Below the pieces are notes generated by a model that worked only from the letters and a program-made list of their open reading frames with translations, did no database searches and had not been told where the DNA came from. A program made the translations under genes and the position numbers. This document shows, piece after piece, positions 25,187-38,658 of a stretch of 64,000 bases of DNA. This DNA comes from Phoronis australis (lineage: Eukaryota; Animalia; Phoronida). The DNA lies in the NCBI GenBank assembly GCA_002633005.1, contig NMRA01000315.1, positions 214,221-278,220 of the forward strand, read 5' to 3'. Within the stretch, counting starts at the first letter, position 1. Each line of letters starts with the position of its first letter.

Positions 25187-26427
25187 GTACTGTAAATTAA
25201 CTAACCCACTTTGTATGTTACAAGACGTCAATGATCCAACGACTGCTGCTCATTGTTGGATGTCCAATCGCAAATATCAATTGGACATACATGTAGACAC
25301 GCACTTTCCAAGTTTCAATAATAAACCCACAGCAACATCCACGAAATGGCCAATCAATATACGTGTCTAGTTAAAAGGTCTTGGACTAATTTGTCTGCCG
25401 TGACTTCTTCTTTCTCTCATCATGATCTAGTTAAACCGCTTAAAAGTATCTGATGCCTACATATGTACCTGCCTTAATGGGGAGCAACTCTGTAGCATGA
25501 CAACACGTGTAACGTTCCCGCTAAACAATTGGCAGTTTGGATCTTTGGTAAACTTTAACCGGCAGTGGTTCAATGTTTATAGATACATGAAGATCTTTTA
25601 AGATCTATAAATGGAACGTTCGTATATTGCGAGGTTTGAAAACTCTCGTTTTTGACTGAGGAGGGGGACTAGACTTGTGGTGAGGCCATCATGTGGTTTA
25701 CGAGTATGTCTTCATCACAGTACATTTCTTTAGGAATCTACATATAGTTCGCTATTTAGGGGATTCGATTACCACCTAAATCGTGACTGGCCGTTTTACG
25801 CTCCCAATATTTGGTTACCTTTCATTAGCATTACCTTATATACATGTATTCAGATGAACGGCAGACCCACTTAACCCCTGCCTTATCAAGAGATGGTTGT
25901 GGTGAGGTAAGTAGATGCAGGACAGGGGTTTATTTCATGATGACGAGTAATGACAAAAAGGGGTAATGCGGCACGTTTTGGATGACGTAATACGTAAACG
26001 CTCATTTACTAGGAATGTGGTGCGTCGTGGTTTCATCCGCCTTGATAGCTCTGTTCATGTCATACCTTTTCAGGTAGATTGCAACTCGTCCAAACGTCCT
26101 TAAGAGTCCTAATCAGAGAGTCTCAACGGCGTTCCATAAACTTTGGTCATATTTGTGGACGTTGCACAAACACTGTCCTCCTAATATTTAAGTTTCATTG
26201 CTAAGTCAAATTTTAGAAACGCTGTTACTAGAGTGGGCACTCAACAATGCTTGTTATTATTTAACTATCAATCGTTTTGATCAATGTACCCTGAAGGAAT
26301 TAAAGGGAAAAATCTGCACACATCATCAAAGTAAACTCGTTTTCTAACTAATGAAAAACAACATGTAGTGGCAACTAAGTTTTCTGGTAGTGAGCATTTA
26401 GTGACTTTTTATCATTTATTTTGACAG

Positions 26428-26740
26428 AATTCTAACCGAGTAAAAAGAATGGCGTCAACAGATACACCTAGGCCTACAGTTGAGAACAAGTTGACCATTG
26501 CTTTTGCTTTATCCGTGACCTTTGCAAAAGACACGAATTATACTGCTGAGATGCACAACACTGCTGCCCACATGTTAAGTGCTGTATTGGGCAAGGTTGA
26601 AGAAGGTGTCAGGAATGGAGTCGCTTTTCCTTTTGCAGCTGAATTTAACCTCAGTCTGACCCTGAATAACGTTGTGACGAGACCTGTAGAAATATTGTGT
26701 GACGAGGGATACTTCTGGAATCCATCGAGCGCACGTTGCG
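26428..26740 (+). CDS. Gene A exon 16: first polybasic-site domain, C-part
   Basis: NSNRVKRMASTDTPRPTVENKLTIAFALSVTF...VEILCDEGYFWNPSSARC; homologous to 63565-63868. Confidence 0.92.
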
Positions 26741-26907
26741 GTGAGTGTTGATGAGCAGCTCAGCTGCTTGTCATTCTCTAAATCTATCTCGTTTTCAGAC
26801 ATGTTGCAGTATCTACATTGTCTGTCGGTTGAAGTGTGCTGTTCCCAAGTAGATTCCCTGCCTAGGTGTAGGCACGCCATTTCCTTCTCACCCCACCTTT
26901 CGCCTCT

Positions 26908-27035
26908 CGTTCAGTAACGCTAGGACTTCGCTAAAAAGCATGACTTCGTGAGATTACGTAAGATGTTGCTGTGTATTTTACATGAGAACACGTGACTTTG
27001 GCTAGATTTTATCTAGGTCCTAACGTTACTGAACG
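26908..27035. mobile_element. ~130-bp MITE (copy 1)
   Basis: TIRs cgttcagtaacg / cgttactgaacg; related copy at 46261-46398 sharing atgagaacacgtga. Confidence 0.7.
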
Positions 27036-28879
27036 CGCGCCTGCTGTCTCTTTAGCTCGACTTATATTGGGTAACACTGTGTCCGCCGATTCTATAACTT
27101 ACACACAATTTTAGCCCTAACTTCACTTAATCTTCAAGTGAAGTACTACAGTATTTATAATACCCCGCAATGTTCTAAGCATTTCCGGAAGTAAAGCAGT
27201 AAACACTTTCTTCAGTTGGACTTTTCACCAGTATTCAAACTCGTTCCAGAACTTCGCGAATTTCTGAAAACCTAAGCAAAGCTCTACAACATTCGAGACT
27301 ATGGTTCTGTTTTCTAATCACTCATGTAATGGAACATTCTTCTAGAATGTACTTCAGTTGCCTTGTCTACAAATTACGTCATCACTTCCCTGACTCCTGG
27401 GTCATTGTCTTGAAATATCGTCAAGTATTTCATTGTAAAGCAATCACACCATCTCTAGCCTGTCCCCATTTGTCAGGTCAACCAGGTGCTATATGCTAGC
27501 AAATAAATACATGTAAAGAGAGCCAAGTAAAACCTATATAACCAAAATTAATGCCAGCCTACCCCTAACAGATTTTCAATAATCTAAAGCCTAACCAGGG
27601 ATGTTCTTCACGAGCTCGCCAAATATGCTAAAAATTAAAAATCAGTATTTTTTCTGATGTCTCGGGGGAACGTGAAAGAGCTGCAACTTGCTCAAATATT
27701 GAGTTGTCGCAAACACCACGAAAGCAACGCCCTCGACGCTATTATATTATAAGCCTCACGAAAGCGAAATCAGCATGCGATGGATTTTTGCACTAACCAC
27801 ATGGAGGATAGCTAGTGCTGTGGTTGGTAGTACTTATTCTACGTAGCATTTATCGACTAATAAATACTTGAGCTCATCTTGTAAACAAATCTCCGAATAA
27901 TGCCTTTTGCAGCTGTTCTAATTGGACCTGTGATTGGCTGGTGATAATGATTCTTGGTGTTTTTGATGTGAAATTGGTCATTTTAAACACTTTAAGCAAT
28001 GGTCACACTCCTTGACTGATTCAACAACTAATGCTGGCTCTGTCTATTACTCGATATCAACTAATATGATTTGCAGTCTCTATATCACCAGTACTCGATA
28101 TTTGCTGAATCTTTAACTGCTGATTTGGTAACTGTTATTGAAACAGAACAGTAAAATGAAACTTTGAAACCATAACCAGTTCCAGTCTAGCTATTCCTTA
28201 CTCTCAACGTTAACCAATAGGAATGTCTGAAATTGCGTTATTCTGTTCTGATGGTCAACGAGAAGCCATATTGAATGATGCACTATCCTGCCCGTCTTAG
28301 CACGTAGAAAGAGTATGTGATCCACACGTTTGATTTATTCTTAACCACGTAGTATGAGTGATTTGCGCTCAAATTGCAATAGAAATCAACGATATACCAT
28401 ATAAAAACTTTTTATATCAATATTCTAGGAACACTTTTTTCACAGGGGAAAACAAATTTGGCCCTGCGCTATACAGATGCCAAACATTTTTTGACAATAC
28501 ATCTATAAAAAATAACAAAATGCAATACTGCAACAATATAATACGTTATAGAGTAGGACATTTAATAGTTTATTTTGTACAAAATAAATTACAAACTTAT
28601 TACTTGTTGTAACACTGGTTGATGTATGCACATGTGATTCGGTTCTTTAATCATTGGGGATTTCTGACTTTGTACTGCGTTATTATCATTTTAATCAATG
28701 TTAAAAATTCAGCCTCTTAAGAAACGGAGCACTCGATTTTCTAAGACTTACGATATGTAATAGAGCAGCTCAAGAGTTTTTAATTGGCATATGTTCTATA
28801 AGAATGGAACTTTATTTTGGGTGTTTCTTTATTTCATCTAGACGAATGCAAATTTGTGTGATGTTACTTTATTTTGCAG

Positions 28880-29053
28880 TCACGTGCCCAGCAGGATTCT
28901 TTGTGAACAGTGCTGGGGGTTCTTCGTATAAAAGGTGCTCGAAATGTGATATTGGGGAATATCAGGATAGAATTGGCCAAACACAGTGCAAGAAGTGTCC
29001 ACCAGGAACTCGTTCGCCTTTTGCTGGAGCAAAAAATCTCGTCGAGTGTGAAG
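28880..29053 (+). CDS. Gene A exon 17: ephrin-receptor-like (GCC2/GCC3) Cys-rich repeat
   Basis: TCPAGFF...CSKCDIGEYQDRIGQTQCKKCPPGTRSPFAGAKNLVECE. Confidence 0.95.
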
Positions 29054-29060
29054 GTAAAAA

Positions 29061-29325
29061 CATGCGCCAACTCAGGGGAGGGTGGGGGGCTCGGGGGATC
29101 GAAGTAGCTCCCTCAATTTGTCGGAATGGGCAATAAGGACCGCTTCAGACAAACAAATTCTCAGAGAAAAGTTTAATTCGAGAGAAAAATCCACTAAAAC
29201 GGCAGGAACTACCAAAATTCGGCGAGTGCACAGTTCACGGCTCTGAACATACCATGCAAAACTTTAAAAGGTTCACATTCTCAAAAATTCGAGCCCTCTC
29301 ATTTTTTGGTCTGGGTGCGCGCATG
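29061..29325. mobile_element. Possible short MITE just after the exon 17 donor
   Basis: catgcgc / gcgcatg inverted ends with a G-rich subterminal tract; no TSD seen. Confidence 0.3.
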
Positions 29326-29517
29326 GGTTCAGTTTTTTGATCACATTTCTGTTCCGTAGTTTATCAAAATGCTTGTGATTTTATCAGTGGTCCGTCAGTA
29401 AGTTCAACGATCTTCGTGTAAGGGAAGTATAGTCCCATCACTGAACTTGAATTTCACAGATGTGCTTACAGGGACTGGGTAGGCCTCAGGTGTCAGAGCA
29501 GCTTGTACTTATTGCAG

Positions 29518-29613
29518 AGATTGACAGCTGCGAGTCATCTCCTTGTCAGAATAACGGAATTTGCATAGATGGAAAAAGTTCGTATCACTGTGAATGTGCA
29601 CTGGGCTTCACAG
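29518..29613 (+). CDS. Gene A exon 18: EGF 1
   Basis: [32 protein letters not shown]. Confidence 0.95.
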
Positions 29614-29913
29614 GTAAGACGGTGTGCAAATAATTCCGTTTCGGAATTTGACAGTAGAGTTTGATTTTCGTCATTTTAAACACAGTCTGGAAACTGAACA
29701 ACGTACATTTAACCATATTGATTTTAATTTGTTGATCTTTTGCTGAATCACATGGAATTTTTTTAATAAGTTAATCGTTGAAAGTTGTCTCTCTTTCCAT
29801 GGTTAGATAATTTAGACCAATTCCAAACAATAAGCCGCACAACAATATTTATCAGTGGTTTGTACATGTATTTTCTGCCAACTGCTTATTTATGATTTTG
29901 TCTTCTTACACAG

Positions 29914-30045
29914 GTACCGATTGCACTGAATTTGATTGTAACTTCCATGAATGTAGAAACAACGGAACGTGTTTCGCCATTGGCAGCGATTACAATTGCA
30001 CTTGCCTTGAAGAGTTTATTGGGGACCGGTGTCAGTATCAACGAG
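29914..30045 (+). CDS. Gene A exon 19: EGF 2
   Basis: GTDCTEFDCNFHECRNNGTCFAIGSDYNCTCLEEFIGDRCQYQR. Confidence 0.95.
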
Positions 30046-31515
30046 GTTAGTTGGCTCTATTTAAATGGTAGCTGTTGCTATAGACGCTTCTCTTGTGTTT
30101 CTTACGGGATTGACGATTTGTCGATGAAGTCTCGGTACTTAGTCTACGTAAAACCAAAAATGTATTATAGTTTAATTACACAGATCTCTATCCTACTTAC
30201 TTCGACACGACGTTTCGGTTCGTCATTATTACGGTCATCTTCAGCTTTACAGAATTTTTACACGACGAGCACAACCGGGGCATGAAATGTTCAGTGATGA
30301 TTATTTTATCAATACCCCCAAACTCGAGCCAATCTTCATTCATCGTCGGCTGCTCGGGATGCTTAATTAAATAGCGGTTTTAACCAAAAATCTTATTATT
30401 TCTTGGTTGATCACACAGTACCTTTGACAAGATTATATCAAGAAGTATTTGTGAACCTATAATTATGAAGGACTCACGTCCGTCTTACGTCACAGATCTC
30501 CAATTTTACTGGGTGCATATAGAGACGGAACTTCGTCAAACTCTGTCTCTTGCATATAATCGACACCAAACCAGCAATTCCAGATTCTCCGGGTTCCTTT
30601 AATGGCGTATTAGGTCACGCCGAAACTTGATGCGTTGCTCACCTCGTCACTCCGGTCATATTCACAATATCATAGGCAGTGGATTGAGGCCCCTGCCAGA
30701 TCAACTGGTCAATGCTCATTCAAAAAAAGTAAAATGTGAGATAACAACTGAAGTACTTGCGTGTACTTGTATTTACCGGGATAAGCCTACTGGTACCCAA
30801 AAACATTGCGATCGTACTTGTAAATCAACTTTTGACTTTAATGGCTACGGCATGTAACAAAAACTTCCCCATCTTACTCTCATATGCAATATTTTATTCT
30901 GTAAGCGTTCGTCAATTCTCAACAGCTTGGAGTAAATTTGAAATCTTTAAGAGTTTCAGAGTATCTGTGGGGAAACACAACCCATGGACAACCTGAATAT
31001 CTCTTTATGGGGATTAAAAACTAAAATTTAATAAGCCTCTTACTCTCATGAAATTGGCCTCATTTAAACCCCTACATTGATAAATACTGTTGGATTTGAC
31101 CAAACCTAAGTTACGGATTCGCAAATGGTGCTTGTTAGCATTGCTCGTGACTTGAGTTGCCACTTTATTTGGGATGAGTATGGTATTGCTTTTAAATCTG
31201 ATAGGGCTTTGGTTAAGAATTCAGATGAGGTGAAATGCTGCTTTACGTGTTTTTGGTGAATCGTGATGTTACCTTTCAAGTGAGACGGCGCATTAGCAGG
31301 GCATGGGTTAGGATTGGTAGAAAGCATCAAAACAAGGCTTAGTGTCCTTTTAGGGAACAAAATATTTTAGATATCATAATGCATGCCTTTGAATACACAA
31401 GAAACATCACTCGGTAGGTTTGGTCTGAACCACTCATAGTTTATAATGCTGTCAGCAATAAATGTTTTGCAGATATATCACATAGTATTGCTTAAGTTTA
31501 TTTCTGTATTCTTAG

Positions 31516-31686
31516 TACACGGAGGTTGGAGTCCCTGGAGCAGCTTTGGTGAATGCACGGCGTCGTGTGGGACAGGAAATCGACTACGATCCCGTACGTG
31601 TACAAACCCTTCGCCAATGTATGGCGGACGCAGGTGTAACGGATCGGAAAACGACAGAGAGCTGTGTAACCAACACGGATGCACTG
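31516..31686 (+). CDS. Gene A exon 20: TSP1 repeat 1
   Basis: VHGGWSPWSSFGECTASCGTGNRLRSRTCTNPSPMYGGRRC. Confidence 0.97.
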
Positions 31687-32755
31687 GTATGAGCGTGATA
31701 AGCTGCACTAAGATTCTCAAAACATGATGTATGTTTTTTATATTTTGGATGAGATTCCAAGTAGAGGATGGAACAAGGGGGTGCTTTTTGTGATACTTAG
31801 CTATAACTGACAATTTACGACAAATTGAAAAGTTTTAACTTGCTAAGTCGCAACAGACGACGAAAAATATCTGTCTCACATTTTATTTGCTGGGTAGTTC
31901 AGGAGGATGATTAGCTATACAGGGACATGCCCCTAAATTTTGTCACTTAAAGTATCAATCTTGGGATTTTTGGTAATAAATTGAGCATTTCATTACCTGG
32001 CTTACTAATTACAAAAATAAATAAGCCCAGTGGCATTCAAAAAACTCCAGCCATACCAAAGTTCATTGCTGTTGGCGTTCAAACGCCTGGCCCGTAAAAC
32101 TGGAGTGGTCACGCTGGGGCGTTTGACGTGATAAGCAGTGTGTCGGCATCGGAAGTGGTGCAATTCTCCGCCGTTTTCGTTGGTGCCGTATTGTGCTTTG
32201 TAATTACTTCAAGTTTAGCCAAACGTTTTTCTCAGCACGCGGAAACTAAAAAGCTCGATCAAACGGACACTTACAAAGTGACCCATTATTCCGCGTCATG
32301 ACGTCTGACCGCAAACGAAATTCCGAGCATTACCGGTTGCCTGAAAACGGAATTGCCCTGTCTCATGACGGCGCATTTTACGGAAAGCTAATACAATGGG
32401 AAAACTATTGACTTTTCCTATAGTTCAGACGTAATGAATCGTAAACAAATCCCTTGATACTTTTAAACCGGTTCATCTCAGCGCTATATTTTGGGTTTGG
32501 AGAGGGAACTATTCGTGGCTTAAAGAACTTTGGGGACGTAGTTCTGAATCATCCGTGTCGTTCAAACAGACAATAAGCTTTTAGAAATAAACATGCAAAT
32601 TCAATAAAAGTAGTTCTTTGTGAACCCTGCTCTTAGTCATACAACTGTTCTAGTTGGCTTGTGTAACTAAACGCTGCTTAACTAACGGTTTACGGTCCTG
32701 GCACCAATTTCAGCATTGCGAGAACAATGATGACCTTATCTATGTTACTGTTTAG

Positions 32756-32926
32756 TTGACGGGCAGTGGGGCAAGTGGTCGAATTGGACAGACTGCTCAC
32801 GTACGTGTGGGGGAGGAATACAGAATAGGGCACGAATGTGTGACAATCCACCACCTGCATATGGTGGACTGAGTTGCGAAGGAGCGCGGTTGGAGAAGAA
32901 GCAATGCAACAATAATCTTTGTCCAG
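32756..32926 (+). CDS. Gene A exon 21: TSP1 repeat 2
   Basis: VDGQWGKWSNWTDCSRTCGGGIQNRARMCDNPPPAYGGLSCEG. Confidence 0.97.
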
Positions 32927-33330
32927 GTAAATTTATCTGCCATCTCTCAAATTGTTGAAAGTACGTACACAGTACCGTGATTTCAGTAGACCCACATTTG
33001 CTTCAAGGTAGGGAGGAAAAAACCTTTTCTGCCACTTGTCATGTACGTAAAAATCAGTTTCGCTGAACGTTGCATTCAGATCGTGATTGGTACAACGAAA
33101 AGTCGTTTTGAGGTATTTACATCTATGTTTTAGTTTCACTCTAAAGGACTAAGCTGCTCCATTGTGGAGCTTGTTAGCAATAGTAGCCAACGGTTCCACA
33201 AGTTTATATCACCATGCTCTCTTAAAATGTCAATTAAGTAGAAGTTCTTCCACATTCATTTTTTTTCATTTCTTTGGTGTCATTTTATTAATGAAAATCT
33301 CTCGAATGTACACGAAAGTTTAATTTTTAG

Positions 33331-33501
33331 TGAATGGCAGAATGGGTCCTTGGTCTGGCTGGACGTTATGTTCACGTTCGTGCGAAGGCGGTGAACAGCG
33401 AAGAAATAGGTCATGTGATAACCCGCCGCCATCTAACGGAGGACTTCATTGTAATGAATCTTTGGAAGAAGAGAGGCCATGTAACGTGGAAGAATGCCCA
33501 C
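33331..33501 (+). CDS. Gene A exon 22: TSP1 repeat 3
   Basis: VNGRMGPWSGWTLCSRSCEGGEQRRNRSCDNPPPSNGGLHC. Confidence 0.97.
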
Positions 33502-33749
33502 GTAGGTCTTGAAATTCTGTTGTTTACTTATCAAGATATAAGACATTGCTCAAAATCAGAATGTGCAGACTTGGTCAATGGACTCGTATCAACTAGCATA
33601 TTTCGGACAAGAAATGTTCTGTGTTAGCCACGATGACATCGTATTTTGCACGCTTAACAATTTCAGACATGACTTGCCAATTTTATTAAGTAAGAATTTT
33701 TTAAAGAATTGTTATAATTTATTGATACCAGTTTCCTGTTACATTTCAG

Positions 33750-33848
33750 CTCCTCCTTCGTGTGATTTATTTGCTCCCTGCCAAAATAATGGAACGTGTG
33801 TTAACAACGGTTCGGACTATACTTGCTCGTGCCACCGAGGCTTCACAG
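33750..33848 (+). CDS. Gene A exon 23: EGF 3
   Basis: PPSCDLFAPCQNNGTCVNNGSDYTCSCHRGFT. Confidence 0.95.
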
Positions 33849-34049
33849 GTTTGGTTATCCAACTTGTCCTTGCATCGTACTTTCAATAAAATTGATATAA
33901 AACCAATCAATAATGAACATTTAAGATGACTATTTTGCTGTATAAGGGATTTTTTCACGGGCACCAGTGTATTCAAGCGTAGGTGCTAATGGACCTACAT
34001 TTCACATTTGGCTCAAACATTTGATCGACTGTTTTTGATAATCTTCTAG

Positions 34050-34181
34050 GTAAAAATTGCACACTTAACGACTGCAGTGAAAACGACTGTCACAATAACG
34101 CCTTATGCCTCGGACTTGAAGGCGGGTACAAGTGTTTGTGTCAACCATTTTTTACGGGAAAGTTTTGCGAAGTACGCATGG
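34050..34181 (+). CDS. Gene A exon 24: EGF 4
   Basis: GKNCTLNDCSENDCHNNALCLGLEGGYKCLCQPFFTGKFCEVRM. Confidence 0.95.
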
Positions 34182-35811
34182 GTAAGTCGTTCTTCGCTTT
34201 ACAACTGAGTGATGACAGGAAGTCAACTCAATTATAGACTCATCAAAACGAATTTGCAGAACATTTCATCCTTATACCAAGTACCTTGGTGGCAGTCCAA
34301 AACCTCTTATCGAAAAAGGGAGTAATTTTAGTAAGGTATTAAAAGTTAGAAAGTAATGAGACATGTTCCAAACACATAGATTGGTCTTTCCTTTCTTAGA
34401 TACTTGGTGTGGAGCATGATTCATCCCAGACTGATCACCATTTTCAGGAAGAACTGAATGTAACAGTTACAATTATCCTGTCTGCTCTCATGTCATTGGA
34501 GGCGTGCGTAGCCTACGGAACTGACCATACTGAAAGATTTCATTTCAAAATTGCAATATTTAACCAACACCTTTACCCTGTAATGGATTGCAAAGTGTAC
34601 CTCTTGCTGTTCATGTTGTGGCCGTCAACTGAAAAGACCTGTTCATTGGATGGACAAAATATTTGGTCACTAGCGTTTCTGTGGACATTGGACATGCATT
34701 CAATTTTCTGATCCATGTATTTCCAAGTGCTGGTGCAGGGATGTTCTGTGTGGAAACCCCTTCAAATTAAAATGTGCTGCTCTGAAAAAGCAGTAGGCCT
34801 AAAGTGGATTTGTTCATTTCAAGAAGGGGTATAAAAATTCTTTTTTCAATTGGTATTGAAAGGTATCGCAATCTATCCAACCAGTATGATGAGCATCTCA
34901 CTTAATATAAGTGGCCAATCATAGTTTCAGTTATCGTTGATGTCGCCACACAATGAATGAGACCCCCTTACTGGGAACATGCCATCGAATGAAAGTGCAT
35001 CGTTGGTCAAAGATCAAGAAGTCAAAGTGACGTTAAACCGGTGAATTCTAAATTTCCTCCCCAACAATACAAACAATAATAACTTAAAATTTCCATTATG
35101 TTTTTACTTAATTTAAATATTTTAAAATGACTCAGGTGTCAGAGACGAATTAGAAATACTAAGAAAACAAACATTTCATTGGAACATGTATTCGACTTGA
35201 ACATGTTCCATACATTATGTTTCTCAACAGTTCACTTATTAATTTTAATTGAATAATGTGCATACATGTATAAGCTTGAAAACGTGTTTTTCTTAAAGCG
35301 GAAAAGATGTGACCATTTTCATTTGGTGTCGTGATGCATTTCATACTGAAAGTAATTAATGTTTTCGACTCGCTATACAAATGAACAAGTATTAATTTTT
35401 TCGGTTGAATTAGAAGACGCAGATGGGGGCAGTGATGATTATGTACAATGTACATAGGTACGTGTATGGCGATAGAAAAATTCCAGTCATCTTCGGTTGA
35501 CAACGTTGTCCACATTTTCAAGGTGTGAAAAGAAAAACACCACTGTGCAATGTATACTAGAGTACCGATAAACTTAGACGTATCAAAACAAATTTACGGT
35601 GATTATGCGTTAGGTGAAAAAAGAAAGAAGGAGGTGTTCTGCGTCTACAACCGTCTGCGTCCCACTAGACCACTAGTTTAGACAAATTTTAAGAGAAGGG
35701 TGTTACAAAAACTAGATACGCTACTGCTTTTACAGTCCTTTGCAATAGGAGAGTTTACGAAGCACGGCTGCCCATGTGTAAAGCTGCGTTAAGATTTATT
35801 TTTCATTTTAG

Positions 35812-35964
35812 TTGACGGCGAATGGAGCCCCTGGGGTGAATGGGGTGGCTGCACGCGACGTGATGAAGGTGAAAGGTCACGGAACAGGACTTGCTCCAAT
35901 CCGTTGCCACAGAATGGCGGTAGAGATTGCACAGGAGAAGCGCAAGAGATTGCTGAATGCCCTG
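35812..35964 (+). CDS. Gene A exon 25: TSP1 repeat 4 (4-Cys variant)
   Basis: VDGEWSPWGEWGGCTRRDEGERSRNRTCSNPLPQNGGRDCTGEAQEIAECP. Confidence 0.95.
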
Positions 35965-37338
35965 GTGCATAATTTGTTCTTCTATTTACAAAGCGCAAAC
36001 AGCTTATAATGATGAAATGTCCAGGTTTTTGAAGGAATCCCTTGTAACGAGGTCTACCATTTCGTGTTTTGTCAGCGGAAATGGCACTGTGGAGGGTCCA
36101 GTTACAATTGCCAGAAAAGATATTTGTTGCAGGTCCCTTGATTTGCATGCTTGTTTTGCTGACTGGCCATTATGAATAATTCGGGGTACATTCACAAACT
36201 GTTTCACGTGAACACGTTTATCAACGGGGAACATTAAGACCGAAGTTTTCTTCTTGCACGGGTTTAATACGAACCTTAAAAGCAAACCCTATTCACTTGT
36301 TGAACAGCGAGTGACACAGGCATTCTATTAAAAAATAAAAGACCCAGCCGTTGACTGCGTGTCCTGTGGAGTTACAACTTCTAGTGGTTGGATTGCGCTA
36401 ATAACAAGGGGTCGGAAATAATGCAGTGGCCAGGAACATAAATGCTCTGGTGTGACCAAAAGCTAAATCCAGCGTTTGATTTTTATAGCCTTAAAACGAG
36501 GCGACGGGTTTCATCTTCGTTTATAAGTCAGTCGTTAACTCTCCAAACACTAGAGGGACAGCTGTACAATGTGCGTACCTCGGTGGCGGCGTCAAATTTT
36601 GGATGATATTTCTTTACTTTCTTTCCTGTTGACAATATGAAATGTGTTAACCATGTTTACTAGAACAGATAACCGTGAGAGCGTTAGCTGTCTAAGCCCT
36701 AGAGTCCGAATCACTCAGGCGATTTCTGATTTAATGGTAGAGGACACCTAATGCACTAATGCAAGGAATTGAGTGGGGTGCTTATCTCCCTTGTGGACGG
36801 GTACTTTGAAAAAAGACAGTGGAAAGATTAAAAAAGTCTATACCACACCGCAATTCAGAGTTTAATCATTGTACAGCAAGAACATGTTTTATTTCAAAAT
36901 CAAGTCTTTAAAAGTGCAGCAAAGTGATCTGCAAAACGATGATGAGATAATGTGTGAGGAATATTCGGCGTAGCAGCCAAATCAAGCATGAGTGTATTAT
37001 AATTACCTATCGCCAATATTGGTGTAGATCGACCTGATCATTCAAAAATCTTGTATAGCACTTCACCCAAGGTCTGTCTGTGGGCAGGTTGTAGACATCT
37101 CGGGACTGATAATAGACTTTTTTCTTCGTTCACAGAAACTGAAGTTAAGGATTTATCAAACCTTATGCACAAAAATTTTCCGTTTTTATAACACTTCACG
37201 TATGTCTAGCAAAATACATTAAATGTGTTCTTTAGACGAGATGTTTAATCATTCTCAAATGCTTCTTGATCAGAGTGTAGACATGTACCAACGATTTTGC
37301 TATTGTAAGACAATGCTACTATCAGTATCTGGTTACAG

Positions 37339-37554
37339 AGTGTGTGCCTAAATTACTTCGGGCTCCACCAAACGGTCTGGTCAGGTGTTCAAAGAACAAC
37401 GGCATGACTTCATGTACAGCGCTTTGCGAACGCGGCTTTGGCTTTAGTACAGCCGTTCCGAACGGTGGAAGATATGAATGCGGACCTGATACTGGGTGGT
37501 TGTGGTTTACGCAGACTAACCCTAAAAGATTTGAACTTCCCGATTGTACCCAAG
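37339..37554 (+). CDS. Gene A exon 26: CCP/sushi 8
   Basis: CVPKLLRAPPNGLVRCSKNNGMTSCTALCERGFGF...YECGPDTGWLW...LPDCTQ. Confidence 0.93.
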
Positions 37555-38028
37555 GTACATTTCACCTTAAACTAATATTTCATTCGTTGTGATTAGTCTT
37601 TAGTACTTAGTACGAAGAGATTTTACCTTTACGATTTGGAGTTACGATTAAAGTGCGAATGCGCGTGAAGTGAAGTGCGACTTCCAGGCGAAATTTGTTT
37701 CGTTTTCAATGGCTTTCCAGCTCATTCAGCTGATGTTGCATAGTGTCATCAAATGTATGTAGTTAAATTGCCGGAGCGCAAGCTAGAGAATGCGTTTAAA
37801 GTGATGTTTTGCTTTTTCAGTTTCCTTTACCAAGTTTACGATCCTAACACTATCATATAACTATCTGGCAATTGTTACACGAAGCAGACGTTTAGTCACA
37901 TCGCAGCAGGAAAGAAATCTCGCAATGAGGCAATTGGGATGTATTTTAACGCAAACTGGCGACTTGAAAAAAGCTCAACGATGCGACAACCATTGCGTGT
38001 TTTACAAAAACACCACCATATTTTTCAG

Positions 38029-38256
38029 GCGACGACAGTCAGGAGGTGGTGGCAAAAGTGGACGTCAAAGACTTGCCTTGTGACGAAAGCACTATTGAAG
38101 AAGTCTACGAGCAAGTTCAGAAATACCTGAATGTTCTGGATGGTCCGACCAAGAATGCCACAGTTCAGTGTTTGGAGAGTGTGTCTTCCAATAGGAAACG
38201 TTCGGTGGATTCACTGGGTCTTCAGATTGTTACCAAAATCACGTACAACAGTTCCG
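38029..38256 (+). CDS. Gene A exon 27: second polybasic-site domain, N-part
   Basis: DDSQEVVAKVDVKDLPCDESTIEEVY...SSNRKRSVDSLGLQIVTKITYNSS; homologous to 50882-51109. Confidence 0.92.
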
Positions 38257-38487
38257 GTATTGAACCATTTTCAAATACCCCATGTCATGATGAAATGTGT
38301 CTGTGTTTGCTACATGTATATGCGATGTATTACGTTTCAGATATGCTTCTGTAAGTGAAATTCGTACAATTCAATTTCTTTATGAGCTGACTCAAATTTA
38401 AAAGGTTGCTCACGCTATGTTGTATGGAAAAACTCAAGACACGTACAGACGGAAATTGTCCAGTGAACAATTGTCAATTCATTCTAG

Positions 38488-38658
38488 AAATAGGTCAAAC
38501 TGAAATGACAGAACTTCTTGAAGAGGCAGACACGATGCTTGCCAACGGAAGCGTGCAATTCGACATCAAGGGTGTAGTTTACACAGCTAGTCCCAATATG
38601 ACTGCGTTCGTTAATTGCTCTCGGGGATCTATATTTGCTACTGGAAGCAACATTTGTG
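38488..38658 (+). CDS. Gene A exon 28: second polybasic-site domain, C-part
   Basis: IGQTEMTELLEEADTMLANGSVQFDIKGVVYTASPNMTAFVNCSRGSIFATGSNIC. Confidence 0.92.
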
